A DNA stretch of 32,000 bases from Glaciecola sp. UBA1851 (GTDB lineage Bacteria; Pseudomonadota; Gammaproteobacteria; Enterobacterales; Alteromonadaceae). Shown here one piece after another: positions 1 to 8,802 of the stretch. The DNA lies in assembly GCA_002338515.1 (NCBI GenBank), contig DDIL01000005.1, forward strand, positions 1 to 32,000, in the 5' to 3' direction. A program made the position numbers and the translations under genes. The notes under the pieces are model-generated. The model was given only the letters and a program-made list of their open reading frames with translations. It did not search any database and was not told the origin of the DNA. Position 1 is the first letter of the stretch, and each line of letters opens with the position of its first letter.

Positions 1-83
1 TGGCTTATACCATTTATGGTTTTTGGGTAATGCGCGGACGAATCAAACAGTCTGATTTAAACAAATCACACGCAATCTATTAA
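1..83 (+). CDS. cydB: cytochrome bd ubiquinol oxidase subunit II, C-terminal fragment (gene begins upstream of the window)
   Basis: Frame 3 from the window edge reads AYTIYGFWVMRGRIKQSDLNKSHAIY, with stop taa at 81-83. This resembles the CydB C-terminal tail as I recall it from E. coli (...WKMFGRITKEDIERNTHSLY). cydX and cydDC follow immediately. Confidence 0.75.
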   Translation, partial: AYTIYGFWVMRGRIKQSDLNKSHAIY

Positions 84-97
84 TTAAGGAGCACAGT

Positions 98-211
98 ATG
101 TGGTATTTCACTTGGATATTAGGCGTTTTATTAGCGTGTTCATTCGGCATTATTAATGCGATGTGGCTCGAGTCTACAGAAGATATGGATAGAGCGGACG
201 AATCGCAATGA
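98..211 (+). CDS. cydX: cytochrome bd oxidase small subunit CydX (37 aa)
   Basis: Absent from the ORF track because it is too short. An aaggag Shine-Dalgarno sits at 86-91 and the ATG at 98. Translation is MWYFTWILGVLLACSFGIINAMWLESTEDMDRADESQ. The N-terminus matches E. coli CydX (MWYFAWILGTLLACSFG...). Stop tga 209-211 overlaps the cydD ATG at 208 (atga). Confidence 0.85.
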   Translation: MWYFTWILGVLLACSFGIINAMWLESTEDMDRADESQ

Positions 212-1818
212 ACACACATGCAACATCACCTGCTAGCGATGCCAATACATGGTTAACGCAACAGTCAAAGCAAGCTAGAGTGTCACAGCTGCAGGTGTTC
301 GTTGTTCGTTTAGCACAGCTTGCTGCTCAAATTAGTGCATTTTGGTTTTTGGCTTCCATTGTGCATCGCGTTGTGGTTCAGCAGCAAGCCGTCTTTTTCT
401 CAGAACTTTCCCCTCTTATTGTTGCCATGCTGTGTTGGGCGATCTTAGCTTACTTGCAAGATTGGATGGGTAATAGGATGAAGTCTATTCTAGAGCAGTC
501 GCTTGAAGACTCAATCCATCAACGATTAAAGTCAAATCAAGTTGCGCTAACTAGACGATTCTCAAGCACGTTTTGGCAGCAGCTTTTCTTAAACAATATT
601 AGCGATATCGGCGACTACTTAACCCAATATAGTGTGCAAAAATGGTTAGCCGGTATTGGTCCTGTTGTGGTGCTATTGGTTATTACCCCAATCAACTACG
701 TAGTGGCAATTGCACTGTTTGTCACTATGCCAGTAGTGCCACTTTTTATGATTTTAGTCGGTAAGGGTGCGGCGTCATTACATCGAAAGCACTTTGTTGC
801 CTTAGAAAGACTCGGCGATATGTTTTCTGACCGACTAAAAGCGTTATCTTTGATAACCGTTACTGGTCAACATCATAATCAAGTCAATCGATTGAGTGAT
901 GCGAGTGAAATTGTTAACCGTAAAACTATGCAAGTTGTATCAGTGGCGTTTTTATCTACTACGGTACTAGACTTTTTTGCAACCGTATCTATTGCCTTGG
1001 TAGCTGTCTTTATTGGCTTCACCATGTTAGGCGAGTTATCAATTGGCCCGCAAATTACTTTGCACTCTGGTTTGTTTATGCTCTTAGTATCCCCTTTACT
1101 ATTTTCTGAAATGCGAACTTTAGGGCGTTTTTATCACCAAAAATCAAAGGCTGAGGCTGCTGCACAGCGATTTGTTGACGTGTTTAAGAACGACTCTATT
1201 CAGCCGAAAAATTCGACATTCAATGGTATTGCTTGGCTCAATTTTAAAGTTTGTGAGCCATCCATTAAGGCGAAGCAATTATGTATTAATGAAAAAGATT
1301 GGATTTATCTTATTGGGCCATCGGGTAGCGGTAAAACGGTTTTACTTGAAGCACTATGTGGTTTTAGGCAAGCCAGTCATTCCTTAAGCGGCAATGTCGC
1401 CTTATTGAGTCAGCATGTTGCTTTACTTGATAAATCCTTGCGCAATAATTTAACGTTAGGGAAACTGAATTTATCGGATAGCCAGTTAATTCAATCGTTA
1501 GAGGAAGTTGGTTTAAATGAATGGTATACGCATTTAACCGAAGGCTTAGATGCTGAGCTTTCTGATTATCCAGCCCTTTCTGGCGGTGAAGCTCAACGTT
1601 TAGCACTGGCAAGAATACTACTTCATAATAAAGATATTGTGTTGTTAGACGAACCTACCGCCCATTTAACCGAGAAGCAGCATAACGATTTATCAAAACT
1701 CATTCACAAAAAATTGTATTCAAAAACGGTAATTTGGGCGTCTCATAAGCCTTTACCTAGTGACTGGTTTTGCCAGAGTTGGTTTATTAATTCTGGCGTG
1801 ATTGAGGTGACAAAATGA
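208..1818 (+). CDS. cydD: ABC transporter CydD (thiol reductant/heme exporter needed for cytochrome bd assembly)
   Basis: Hydrophobic N-terminal transmembrane half plus an ABC ATPase. Motifs: Walker A GPSGSGKT, signature LSGGEAQRLALAR, Walker B IVLLDEPT. It directly follows cydB-cydX and pairs with a second half-transporter through an ATGA overlap. Confidence 0.85.
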   Translation: MNTHATSPASDANTWLTQQSKQARVSQLQVFVVRLAQLAAQISAFWFLASIVHRVVVQQQAVFFSELSPLIVAMLCWAILAYLQDWMGNRMKSILEQSLEDSIHQRLKSNQVALTRRFSSTFWQQLFLNNISDIGDYLTQYSVQKWLAGIGPVVVLLVITPINYVVAIALFVTMPVVPLFMILVGKGAASLHRKHFVALERLGDMFSDRLKALSLITVTGQHHNQVNRLSDASEIVNRKTMQVVSVAFLSTTVLDFFATVSIALVAVFIGFTMLGELSIGPQITLHSGLFMLLVSPLLFSEMRTLGRFYHQKSKAEAAAQRFVDVFKNDSIQPKNSTFNGIAWLNFKVCEPSIKAKQLCINEKDWIYLIGPSGSGKTVLLEALCGFRQASHSLSGNVALLSQHVALLDKSLRNNLTLGKLNLSDSQLIQSLEEVGLNEWYTHLTEGLDAELSDYPALSGGEAQRLALARILLHNKDIVLLDEPTAHLTEKQHNDLSKLIHKKLYSKTVIWASHKPLPSDWFCQSWFINSGVIEVTK

Positions 1819-3413
1819 ACTCAGTAAAAAGGCAACCATCGGCCTTTAAACTCTTTGTAACCCTTGCTTTAGCCATTGTGCACTTGCTTGCTGGATTTTC
1901 AATTTTGTTGGTCTCATCTTGGTTCATTGCCGCTTGCAGTATTGCAGGTGTTGGTTTTAACTATATGCTTCCAGCTGTTGTAATAAGAGCGCTAGCCTTA
2001 ATTAGAATAAGCTCTGGCTATTTTTCTATGCTAGTTGGTCATTATCACTTGCTCTCTAATTTGGCGATGATTCGTTTAAATCTTTTTGCCAGTTTAGAAA
2101 ATAAGGTAACTGTTTCAAGACAGTCGTCGTTAGACGCACTTAATCATCAAAGTGAGGAAGTAGCGTCCATTTGGATTTCATGGGTAGGGCAAAACGCAGG
2201 GGCATTATTATCACTGGTTTGTCTAAATGTAATTAGCTTTATTTTTATCCCATCAATAAGCAACATTATTGTGTTGTTTAGTGGTGCTTTTGTCATTATT
2301 TACTGTGTTTTATTATGGTCAATGATTCAAAGTAGTAGCGAGTTGGTAAGTGCTAAAGAGGCGTTTCAATTTGATATGGTCAAACATATTGAATGCGCTT
2401 CTTTATGGCATTTATACCAAGAATACGATGTAAATCCTCCTCGATTACGTGTACTAATTGATTTAGAAAAAAAGTTAAAATTAAGAGTAAGACTGGCGGC
2501 ATTTAGTTTGTTTGTTGCTGCTATTGCGTGTATTTCCGTTATTTTTTCTTTATACAGTGCACCGCTCTTAGGAAATCCGATATTTGTGCTTATCCCAATA
2601 ACATTACTTAGCATTAACGATTGGTTGAGCCCAACTTTAAATAGTCTAAATCAGTTGTTGAAATTTAAAGAAGCAAAAAAAGCAATTGATTCAACAAGTA
2701 AAAATTTAAGCGTTCTAAAAACAAACCATGCAAGTATTTTAGGTTTTGAGCTTCGAAATTTTAGACCTTGCAACACAAGAATGAATGCAATCAATGCCCG
2801 TTTTAATTCTAGTGGGGCACATATTATTACTGGTGGTTCAGGGTCGGGTAAAAGTCGTTTTTTACAAGCTTTAATGGGGTTAATTCCTTTTGAAGGAAAC
2901 CGAGGTGTGCTTACATCGAATACAACAACTAACCTTCTTTCTACAACTAACAATACATTATTAACTGATTGCTTTTATGTTGAGCAGTTCCCTTATATTT
3001 TATCGGATACCTTGCGTAGTAACCTATTAATTGTGAACACGCAGGCAACCGAGAACCAGCTTATTCATTGTCTGAATTTGGTGGGCTTAGGTCATTTGAG
3101 AAATTTAGAAGAATGGCTAGGTGAAAATGGAAGACAACTTTCAGGTGGAGAGATGAAACGAATAGGATTAGCAAGAGCATTGCTATCAAAAAGTAGTGCA
3201 ATTTTAATAGATGAGCCATTTGAAGCTCTAGATCAAAGTAATATTCGTTTAGTTGTGAAATTATTAAATAAACTAGCGATGGAAAAAATAATTTTGGTGG
3301 CCACTCATATTATTCCCAAAGAGCTTAACATTGGGCAACGTGTTTCTTTAGACGATAACTTTTCCGATATACAAAGCAACACTTTATCCACAGGGGTATT
3401 AAAAAATGAATAA
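1815..3413 (+). CDS. cydC: ABC transporter CydC
   Basis: Transmembrane half plus an ABC ATPase. Motifs: Walker A GGSGSGKS, signature LSGGEMKRIGLAR, Walker B ILIDEPFEALD. ATGA overlap with cydD. Confidence 0.8.
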   Translation: MNSVKRQPSAFKLFVTLALAIVHLLAGFSILLVSSWFIAACSIAGVGFNYMLPAVVIRALALIRISSGYFSMLVGHYHLLSNLAMIRLNLFASLENKVTVSRQSSLDALNHQSEEVASIWISWVGQNAGALLSLVCLNVISFIFIPSISNIIVLFSGAFVIIYCVLLWSMIQSSSELVSAKEAFQFDMVKHIECASLWHLYQEYDVNPPRLRVLIDLEKKLKLRVRLAAFSLFVAAIACISVIFSLYSAPLLGNPIFVLIPITLLSINDWLSPTLNSLNQLLKFKEAKKAIDSTSKNLSVLKTNHASILGFELRNFRPCNTRMNAINARFNSSGAHIITGGSGSGKSRFLQALMGLIPFEGNRGVLTSNTTTNLLSTTNNTLLTDCFYVEQFPYILSDTLRSNLLIVNTQATENQLIHCLNLVGLGHLRNLEEWLGENGRQLSGGEMKRIGLARALLSKSSAILIDEPFEALDQSNIRLVVKLLNKLAMEKIILVATHIIPKELNIGQRVSLDDNFSDIQSNTLSTGVLKNE

Positions 3414-4278
3414 ATTAGGCGTGCGTCCATTTTTTGATAAAGAGACTCATACTGTTACTTATGTTGTAACAGACAATGCAAGTAAGCATGCTGCTGTTAT
3501 CGACCCGGTACTCAATTTCAACGCTAGTACAGGTGGCCTTTGTTCTTGTTCTGCAGACAAAATAATTGAGTATTTAGATGATAATAACTTGCAGCTTGAA
3601 TGGATATTAGAAACTCATGCGCATTCTGATCACTTAACGGCTTCAAAATATCTAAAGGAAAAACGTGGTGGACAAATAGGGATAGGCGAACATATTAAAA
3701 AAGTACAAAGTACGTTTAAAAAGACCTTCAATTATAATAGTGAGATGCCTTGTGATGGCAGCCAATTTGACCAATTGTTTGAAGATGGTGAAGTTATCTA
3801 TTTAGGTCATATAGCCATTGAAATTATGCATACTCCAGGTCACACCCCAGCATGTGTTAGCTATAAATTTGAAGATACAATATTTGTAGGAGACACCTTG
3901 TTTATGCCCGACTATGGAACGGCAAGAGCAGACTTTCCCAATGGAAGTGCTAGGTCACTGTATCAGTCAATTCAGCGTATTTTATCCTTACCTAATTCTA
4001 CAAGAATGTTTGTTGGTCACGACTATAAAACCAATACAAAACGAAATTATGCTTGGGAAACATCAGTACTTCAACAAAAGCGAAATAATATTCATTTAAA
4101 AGATGGTATGACGGAACAAGCGTTCATTAAACTGCGAAATGCTAAAGATGCCACGCTAGAGGTTCCCAAACTTTTAATGTCGGCTATGCAGGTAAATATT
4201 AGAGCAGGGTGTTTACCAGAAAAAGAAGATAATGGGGTCAGCTACTTAAAAATGCCATTAGTTTTAGAATTAAGTTAA
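3406..4278 (+). CDS. MBL-fold metallohydrolase, persulfide dioxygenase (ETHE1/Blh)-like
   Basis: HxHxDH metal motif (THAHSDH). N-terminal FFDKETHTVTYVV..AAVIDPV and GDTLFMPDYGTARADFPNGSARSLYQSI resemble persulfide dioxygenases. The ATG at 3406 overlaps the cydC stop (3411-3413). The next gene is a DUF442 protein, and the two are fused in Blh proteins. Confidence 0.65.
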   Translation: MNKLGVRPFFDKETHTVTYVVTDNASKHAAVIDPVLNFNASTGGLCSCSADKIIEYLDDNNLQLEWILETHAHSDHLTASKYLKEKRGGQIGIGEHIKKVQSTFKKTFNYNSEMPCDGSQFDQLFEDGEVIYLGHIAIEIMHTPGHTPACVSYKFEDTIFVGDTLFMPDYGTARADFPNGSARSLYQSIQRILSLPNSTRMFVGHDYKTNTKRNYAWETSVLQQKRNNIHLKDGMTEQAFIKLRNAKDATLEVPKLLMSAMQVNIRAGCLPEKEDNGVSYLKMPLVLELS

Positions 4279-4295
4279 AAAATAGGAGAGAAACC

Positions 4296-4706
4296 ATGAC
4301 GTTTGCATTAATTACTGATGAATTTTCAGTTTCAGGCGAGTTAACCGAGCAAGACTTTACTACTTTAAATAAGCTAGGCGTTTCTATGCTAATCAATGCT
4401 AGACCTGATAACGAAAATGATGGTCAGAAAAATGATGAAGATTTCAAAATATTGTGTGAAGCACATGGTATTGAATATGTACATGTACCCGTAAAGCCGG
4501 GTCAGTATTCACAAAATGATATTGAAAAAGTGGCAAACGCATTTAATGCGGCCAGTGGGAAAGTGCATGGGCTTTGTAAAACAGGCGCAAGAGCAGCGCA
4601 TTTATGGGCGCTCTCACAAAAAGAAGCGAAGTGTTTTGACGAACTACAGAAAAAAGCTCAAGCGCAAGGTTACGACTTAACTATGATTAAAAATCATTTT
4701 GAATAG
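4296..4706 (+). CDS. DUF442/TIGR01244-type phosphatase-fold (sulfurtransferase-like) protein
   Basis: 136 aa, with SVSGELTEQDF..L...GVSMLINARPDNE and a CX4R loop (HGLCKTGARAAHLWAL), typical of the DUF442 domain found in Blh proteins. An aggaga Shine-Dalgarno lies upstream. Confidence 0.65.
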   Translation: MTFALITDEFSVSGELTEQDFTTLNKLGVSMLINARPDNENDGQKNDEDFKILCEAHGIEYVHVPVKPGQYSQNDIEKVANAFNAASGKVHGLCKTGARAAHLWALSQKEAKCFDELQKKAQAQGYDLTMIKNHFE

Positions 4707-4709
4707 ACT

Positions 4710-5129
4710 ATGAAAAAACTAATTATTAGCTTGTTACTTTATGTTTCGTTTAGTGTTTTGGCCAATCAGAATGCTACTGAAATAGACAATAGAATAGTGA
4801 TTGAGTTAGAGCAGGAGCAAAAAGTGTTTGTTCTCTTACGTATGCGAAAAATGCTTGAAACTCTCACTAAAATGCAGGTTAAGTTACTTGAAGAAAACCT
4901 AGAGGCAACTCATGACCTAGCGTTAGAATTAATGAGGTTCACCGCTAAAAATCATCCCGATGGGCTAAGAGAGAGGATGCCTTTGCCGTTTCGAGCGATG
5001 AGTCAGTCTATGAACAAAAGCTGGAAAAAATTAAGTAAAAAGCAAACCAATAGCAAGGTTATTCAGCAAGAAATCATTAGCATCATGTCTACTTGTAATG
5101 CTTGTCATCAATCTTATAGAATTGAGTAA
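4710..5129 (+). CDS. periplasmic class II c-type cytochrome (cytochrome c-prime/c556-like)
   Basis: Signal peptide MKKLIISLLLYVSFSVLANQ. About 120 mature residues that look helical. A single CXXCH heme motif (CNACH) lies 9 residues from the C-terminus, which is the class II cytochrome c arrangement. Confidence 0.55.
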   Translation: MKKLIISLLLYVSFSVLANQNATEIDNRIVIELEQEQKVFVLLRMRKMLETLTKMQVKLLEENLEATHDLALELMRFTAKNHPDGLRERMPLPFRAMSQSMNKSWKKLSKKQTNSKVIQQEIISIMSTCNACHQSYRIE

Positions 5130-5131
5130 TA

Positions 5132-5434
5132 ATGAATATAAAAGAGTTTGAAGTTCAAAATGATAGTGCATTAATAAGCTTAAAAGCAATGGCGAATAAA
5201 TACAGATTGGGTATCTTATATTTATTAACCGAGCGTGATCAAAGCGTAAACGATTTAGCTTTGACTCTAGAATTACCGCAGCCGGTGGTGTCCCAACACC
5301 TTAAAGTATTGAAGGCTGCTGATATGGTATGTTTCACTAAAGACGGTGCGCAGCATAGTTATCGATTAGATAAAAAACAACTTGTCATGTCAGCCATGAT
5401 TTTCAAATTGTTTAACATAGAAACAGTCATTTAA
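5132..5434 (+). CDS. ArsR/SmtB-family winged-helix transcriptional regulator
   Basis: 100 aa. KALANKYRLGILYLL...SVNDLA..LELPQPVVSQHLKVLKAADMV is the ArsR HTH signature. Its ATG lies 2 nt after the preceding stop. Confidence 0.8.
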   Translation: MNIKEFEVQNDSALISLKAMANKYRLGILYLLTERDQSVNDLALTLELPQPVVSQHLKVLKAADMVCFTKDGAQHSYRLDKKQLVMSAMIFKLFNIETVI

Positions 5435-5535
5435 ACTGCACTTGGCCTTCTAATAAATGCAAGGAATAATGGCGTATGGTGTAGTTGGTTCATATTTTGC
5501 TAATGGTTGTATATCTAAACAACTTACTGAAAAAT

Positions 5536-6435
5536 ATGATGAGAAATATTATTCTTTTTGGCGCGGGTGCAGGCTCCAAAAATTATGTGCAGGCATGCAA
5601 AGACAATATCTTAGCGATTGCTGATAACAACTCAGGCAGAGTAGGCGAAACGATAGACAGTATCCCTATTATTGCGCCAAGTAGTATTGGTAATTATGCG
5701 TTTGATAATATTGTGATTACTTCGCAATGGGCTGAGGATATTAAGCTTCAACTTGTCAATGAGCTAGGCATACCAATAAGTGATATTGAGGTGCCTGCTA
5801 AGTTTGAGCTTAAAGGAAAAGCCCCAGCTTTTTCGGACCCTGCCACTCTGGAATTAGCGAACAATATATTAAAATCATTGTGTGATAGTGCATATAAAAA
5901 CAGTATCGAACTCTACATTGACTTCGGTACTTTGCTAGGTGTAGCGCGAGATAATACAGTGATGCCATGGGATGATGACATTGATTTTGCTATCACTAAA
6001 GTACCAGACCAAACCTTTCTTAATTGGCTTACTCAATGGCGAACCAGCCATCATTTACCCGTTACATTCGAGGTAGAAACCCGCAAAGATAAACATGACG
6101 ACTTTATTGATTTTGTCCTGAAATTTAGTCACCCCGATTATCAATCATTTCTGACAACTATATGCTACCGGAAAGAAGTGGACGGTCAGTCTTTGCATAT
6201 GCCGAGTTTAGGGCAATGGTTTGCCCCTCAAGTACATTTTTCTTCGCCTGACTATATTGAATGGCAGGGAATTAATGTCCAAGTACCTCATGATTACGAG
6301 AATTATCTTGAGTTTGTTTACGGTGATTGGAAAACACCGAAAAAGAACATGAGCATGACCGATTACGCGAATTTAAACGAATTAAACCACGAAGATGTAA
6401 CCGCTATGGGGATGGTTAGTGAAACAATTAAATAG
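5536..6435 (+). CDS. LicD-family phospho(no)-headgroup transferase with an N-terminal Rossmann-like extension
   Basis: [24 protein letters not shown] matches the LicD motif (G.LLG..R......PWDDD.D). I prefer the ATG-ATG at 5536 over the track's TTG start at 5485. The first ~95 aa ([13 protein letters not shown]...IAD....G..I..IP) resemble NeuD/PglD-type N-domains. Confidence 0.7.
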   Translation: MMRNIILFGAGAGSKNYVQACKDNILAIADNNSGRVGETIDSIPIIAPSSIGNYAFDNIVITSQWAEDIKLQLVNELGIPISDIEVPAKFELKGKAPAFSDPATLELANNILKSLCDSAYKNSIELYIDFGTLLGVARDNTVMPWDDDIDFAITKVPDQTFLNWLTQWRTSHHLPVTFEVETRKDKHDDFIDFVLKFSHPDYQSFLTTICYRKEVDGQSLHMPSLGQWFAPQVHFSSPDYIEWQGINVQVPHDYENYLEFVYGDWKTPKKNMSMTDYANLNELNHEDVTAMGMVSETIK

Positions 6436-7732
6436 ACAAAATGAAAAGTTAGTTTATGTTGGAATGAGCGCTGACTTAGTGCATCCAGGACATATGAATA
6501 TTTTGAAAGTGGCTGCCGATTATGGTGATTTAGTGGTGGGTTTATTGACCGACAAAGCCATTGCATCATACAAACGATTACCCTATATGGCTTTTGAACA
6601 GCGCAAAGAAGTGATAGAAAATATTAAAGGCGTAACGCAAGTAATTGCCCAAGATACGCTTGATTATCGTCCGAATTTAGAAGCGGTGAAACCAGATTAT
6701 GTTGTGCATGGAGATGATTGGAAAACAGGGGTACAGGCGAAAACGCGGCAACAAGTATTAGATGTTTTAGCGCAATGGGGAGGCGAACTGATAGAACCCT
6801 CTTATACTCACGGTATTTCATCTTCTGCATTGAACCAATCACTAAAAGAAATTGGCACCACGCCTGATATTCGAAGGGGTAGACTAAAGCGTTTAATTCA
6901 AGCTAAGCCTATTGTCAGGATCATGGAATCTCATAATGCACTAAGTGGACTAATTGTTGAAAATGTAAAAGCGGATAATGGTGTTGAATTTGACGGTATG
7001 TGGAGTAGTTCGCTTACCGATTCTACATCAAAAGGTAAACCAGACATTGAAGCGGTAGATGTGAGTTCGCGTATGACTACCGTTAATGAAATTTTTGAAG
7101 TCACCACCAAACCTATGATTTATGACGCTGATACAGGTGGTATTCCAGAACACTTTGCCTTTACCGTTAGAACCCTTGAGCGTACAGGCATTAGTGCTGT
7201 TATTATTGAAGACAAAACCGGATTAAAGAAAAACTCTTTGTTTGGTAATGATGTGGCGCAAACTCAAGATACAATAGAAGGATTTTCTTTAAAAATTGCC
7301 ACAGGCAAAAAAGCGCAAGTGACGAAAGACTTTATGATTATTGCCCGCATTGAAAGTTTAATTCTTGATAAAGGATTAGATGATGCGATTGCCAGAGCAT
7401 TTGCATATATAAAGGCTGGAGCGGATGGCATAATGATCCACTCTCGACAATCGTCCCCAGATGAAATTATTGCGTTTTGTGAACAAATTCGAGCAGAGCA
7501 CACCGATATTCCAATTATTGTTGTACCCACTTCTTTTAATCAAATTACTGCCAAAGAATTAAGTGAAGTAGGTGTAAACGTTGTTATTTATGCCAATCAT
7601 ATGCTTCGCGCAGCCTATCCTGGGATGATGAATGTTGCCCAATCAATTCTTAGTCACGACAGAAGCTTTGAAGCGGAACATCAGTTATTATCTATAAAAG
7701 AAATACTCAATTTGATACCGGGTACTAAATAA
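6419..7732 (+). CDS. pepM: bifunctional phosphonate cytidylyltransferase (PntC-like) / phosphoenolpyruvate mutase
   Basis: The N-terminal ~140 aa have the cytidylyltransferase fold, with [16 protein letters not shown] (HxGH at 6482-6493). The C-terminal ~290 aa belong to the PEP mutase/isocitrate lyase superfamily and carry the PEP-mutase-specific EDKX5NS motif ([10 protein letters not shown], 7208-7237). GTG start at 6419; the first in-frame ATG (6464) would remove the first beta-strand. Confidence 0.85.
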   Translation: MKQLNRQNEKLVYVGMSADLVHPGHMNILKVAADYGDLVVGLLTDKAIASYKRLPYMAFEQRKEVIENIKGVTQVIAQDTLDYRPNLEAVKPDYVVHGDDWKTGVQAKTRQQVLDVLAQWGGELIEPSYTHGISSSALNQSLKEIGTTPDIRRGRLKRLIQAKPIVRIMESHNALSGLIVENVKADNGVEFDGMWSSSLTDSTSKGKPDIEAVDVSSRMTTVNEIFEVTTKPMIYDADTGGIPEHFAFTVRTLERTGISAVIIEDKTGLKKNSLFGNDVAQTQDTIEGFSLKIATGKKAQVTKDFMIIARIESLILDKGLDDAIARAFAYIKAGADGIMIHSRQSSPDEIIAFCEQIRAEHTDIPIIVVPTSFNQITAKELSEVGVNVVIYANHMLRAAYPGMMNVAQSILSHDRSFEAEHQLLSIKEILNLIPGTK

Positions 7733-8802
7733 TGGCACTGAATACTCAGTCTTTTATTCAATCACTTATTCGTGAAGGCTATACGCATTTGTGTGTTGTG
7801 CCTTGTAGTTTTGCTAAATATGTCATCAATGCAGCTATTAATTCACCGCACATAACCTATATGCCCTGTGCTAGCGAGGCTATTGCTTGCTCAAGCGCGG
7901 CAGGACTAAAAATAGCCGGTAAAAAACCGATTGTTATTGTGCAATCATCGGGCATGACTAATATGGGTTCATGTATCACTAGTTTATTAAAGCCATACCA
8001 TGTTTACTTTCCTATTCTAACTAGCTGGCGTACTTACAAAGAAGGCGATAGCGAGGTACAACATGCTCATCTTGCTACTTGTTTGCCTGAACTCATAAAC
8101 GCTTATGGTTATGAACATTCATTGCTAGATAAACAAGATGAAGTAAAAGCAATAGAGCAAATTAATCAAGCAGATGTATCACCTAGTATCATCATTATGA
8201 GTAGTGGAAGCTTTAGTGAAGTACAATTAGAAGAGAAACATAAAAACGACTTGTCAGAATACCTACCTAGAAGTCAATTTCTTACCCTGCTCAACAAAGG
8301 CTATAGTCACGAACATACTGTCATGGTGGGCACAACCGGCAATACCGCTCGCGAGATGTATCAGTTTATGCCAAACACAAATAACTTATACATGGCAGGT
8401 AACATGGGCGGTGCATTAAGTTTGGGTTTAGGTATAGCGTTAGCGGGTAAACCAGTTGTAGTATGTGGCGGTGATGCTGAATTTGTAATGCATATGGGTG
8501 GCATGACAACTGCAGGTCGCTATGCTGAAAATATGCAATTAATTTATATATTGTTTGATAATGAAGCCAATAAATCTACCGGTGGTCAAAACACATATCA
8601 ATCACATGTTAATTACAGCGGTATTGCCGAGTCATCGGGTTTCCAGTGTATTGAAAATACTATTAAAACAACAGCTGAATTTGAATTGTGCATGAAAGAA
8701 GTGAAAGATAAAACAGGCTTATATTTTATGCATATTAAATGTAGTTATGATGCGGAAACGCCTCGCCCACCAGTTGAAGTGGTTACCGCTTTACCATTAT
8801 GA
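7732..8802 (+). CDS. ppd: phosphonopyruvate decarboxylase (ThDP-dependent)
   Basis: 356 aa. The N-terminus (F...L...GYTHLCVVPCSFAK) and the ThDP motif (GGDAEFVMHMGG...LFDNEANKSTGGQ) are typical of Ppd/AepY. Its ATG shares one nucleotide with the pepM stop. Confidence 0.8.
   Translation: MALNTQSFIQSLIREGYTHLCVVPCSFAKYVINAAINSPHITYMPCASEAIACSSAAGLKIAGKKPIVIVQSSGMTNMGSCITSLLKPYHVYFPILTSWRTYKEGDSEVQHAHLATCLPELINAYGYEHSLLDKQDEVKAIEQINQADVSPSIIIMSSGSFSEVQLEEKHKNDLSEYLPRSQFLTLLNKGYSHEHTVMVGTTGNTAREMYQFMPNTNNLYMAGNMGGALSLGLGIALAGKPVVVCGGDAEFVMHMGGMTTAGRYAENMQLIYILFDNEANKSTGGQNTYQSHVNYSGIAESSGFQCIENTIKTTAEFELCMKEVKDKTGLYFMHIKCSYDAETPRPPVEVVTALPL

Noticed and set aside
3406-4278. Metallo-beta-lactamase fold gene as an antibiotic-resistance beta-lactamase.
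   Set aside because: It has no signal peptide. Its motifs and its neighbouring DUF442 gene match the persulfide dioxygenase/Blh branch of the superfamily rather than class B beta-lactamases.
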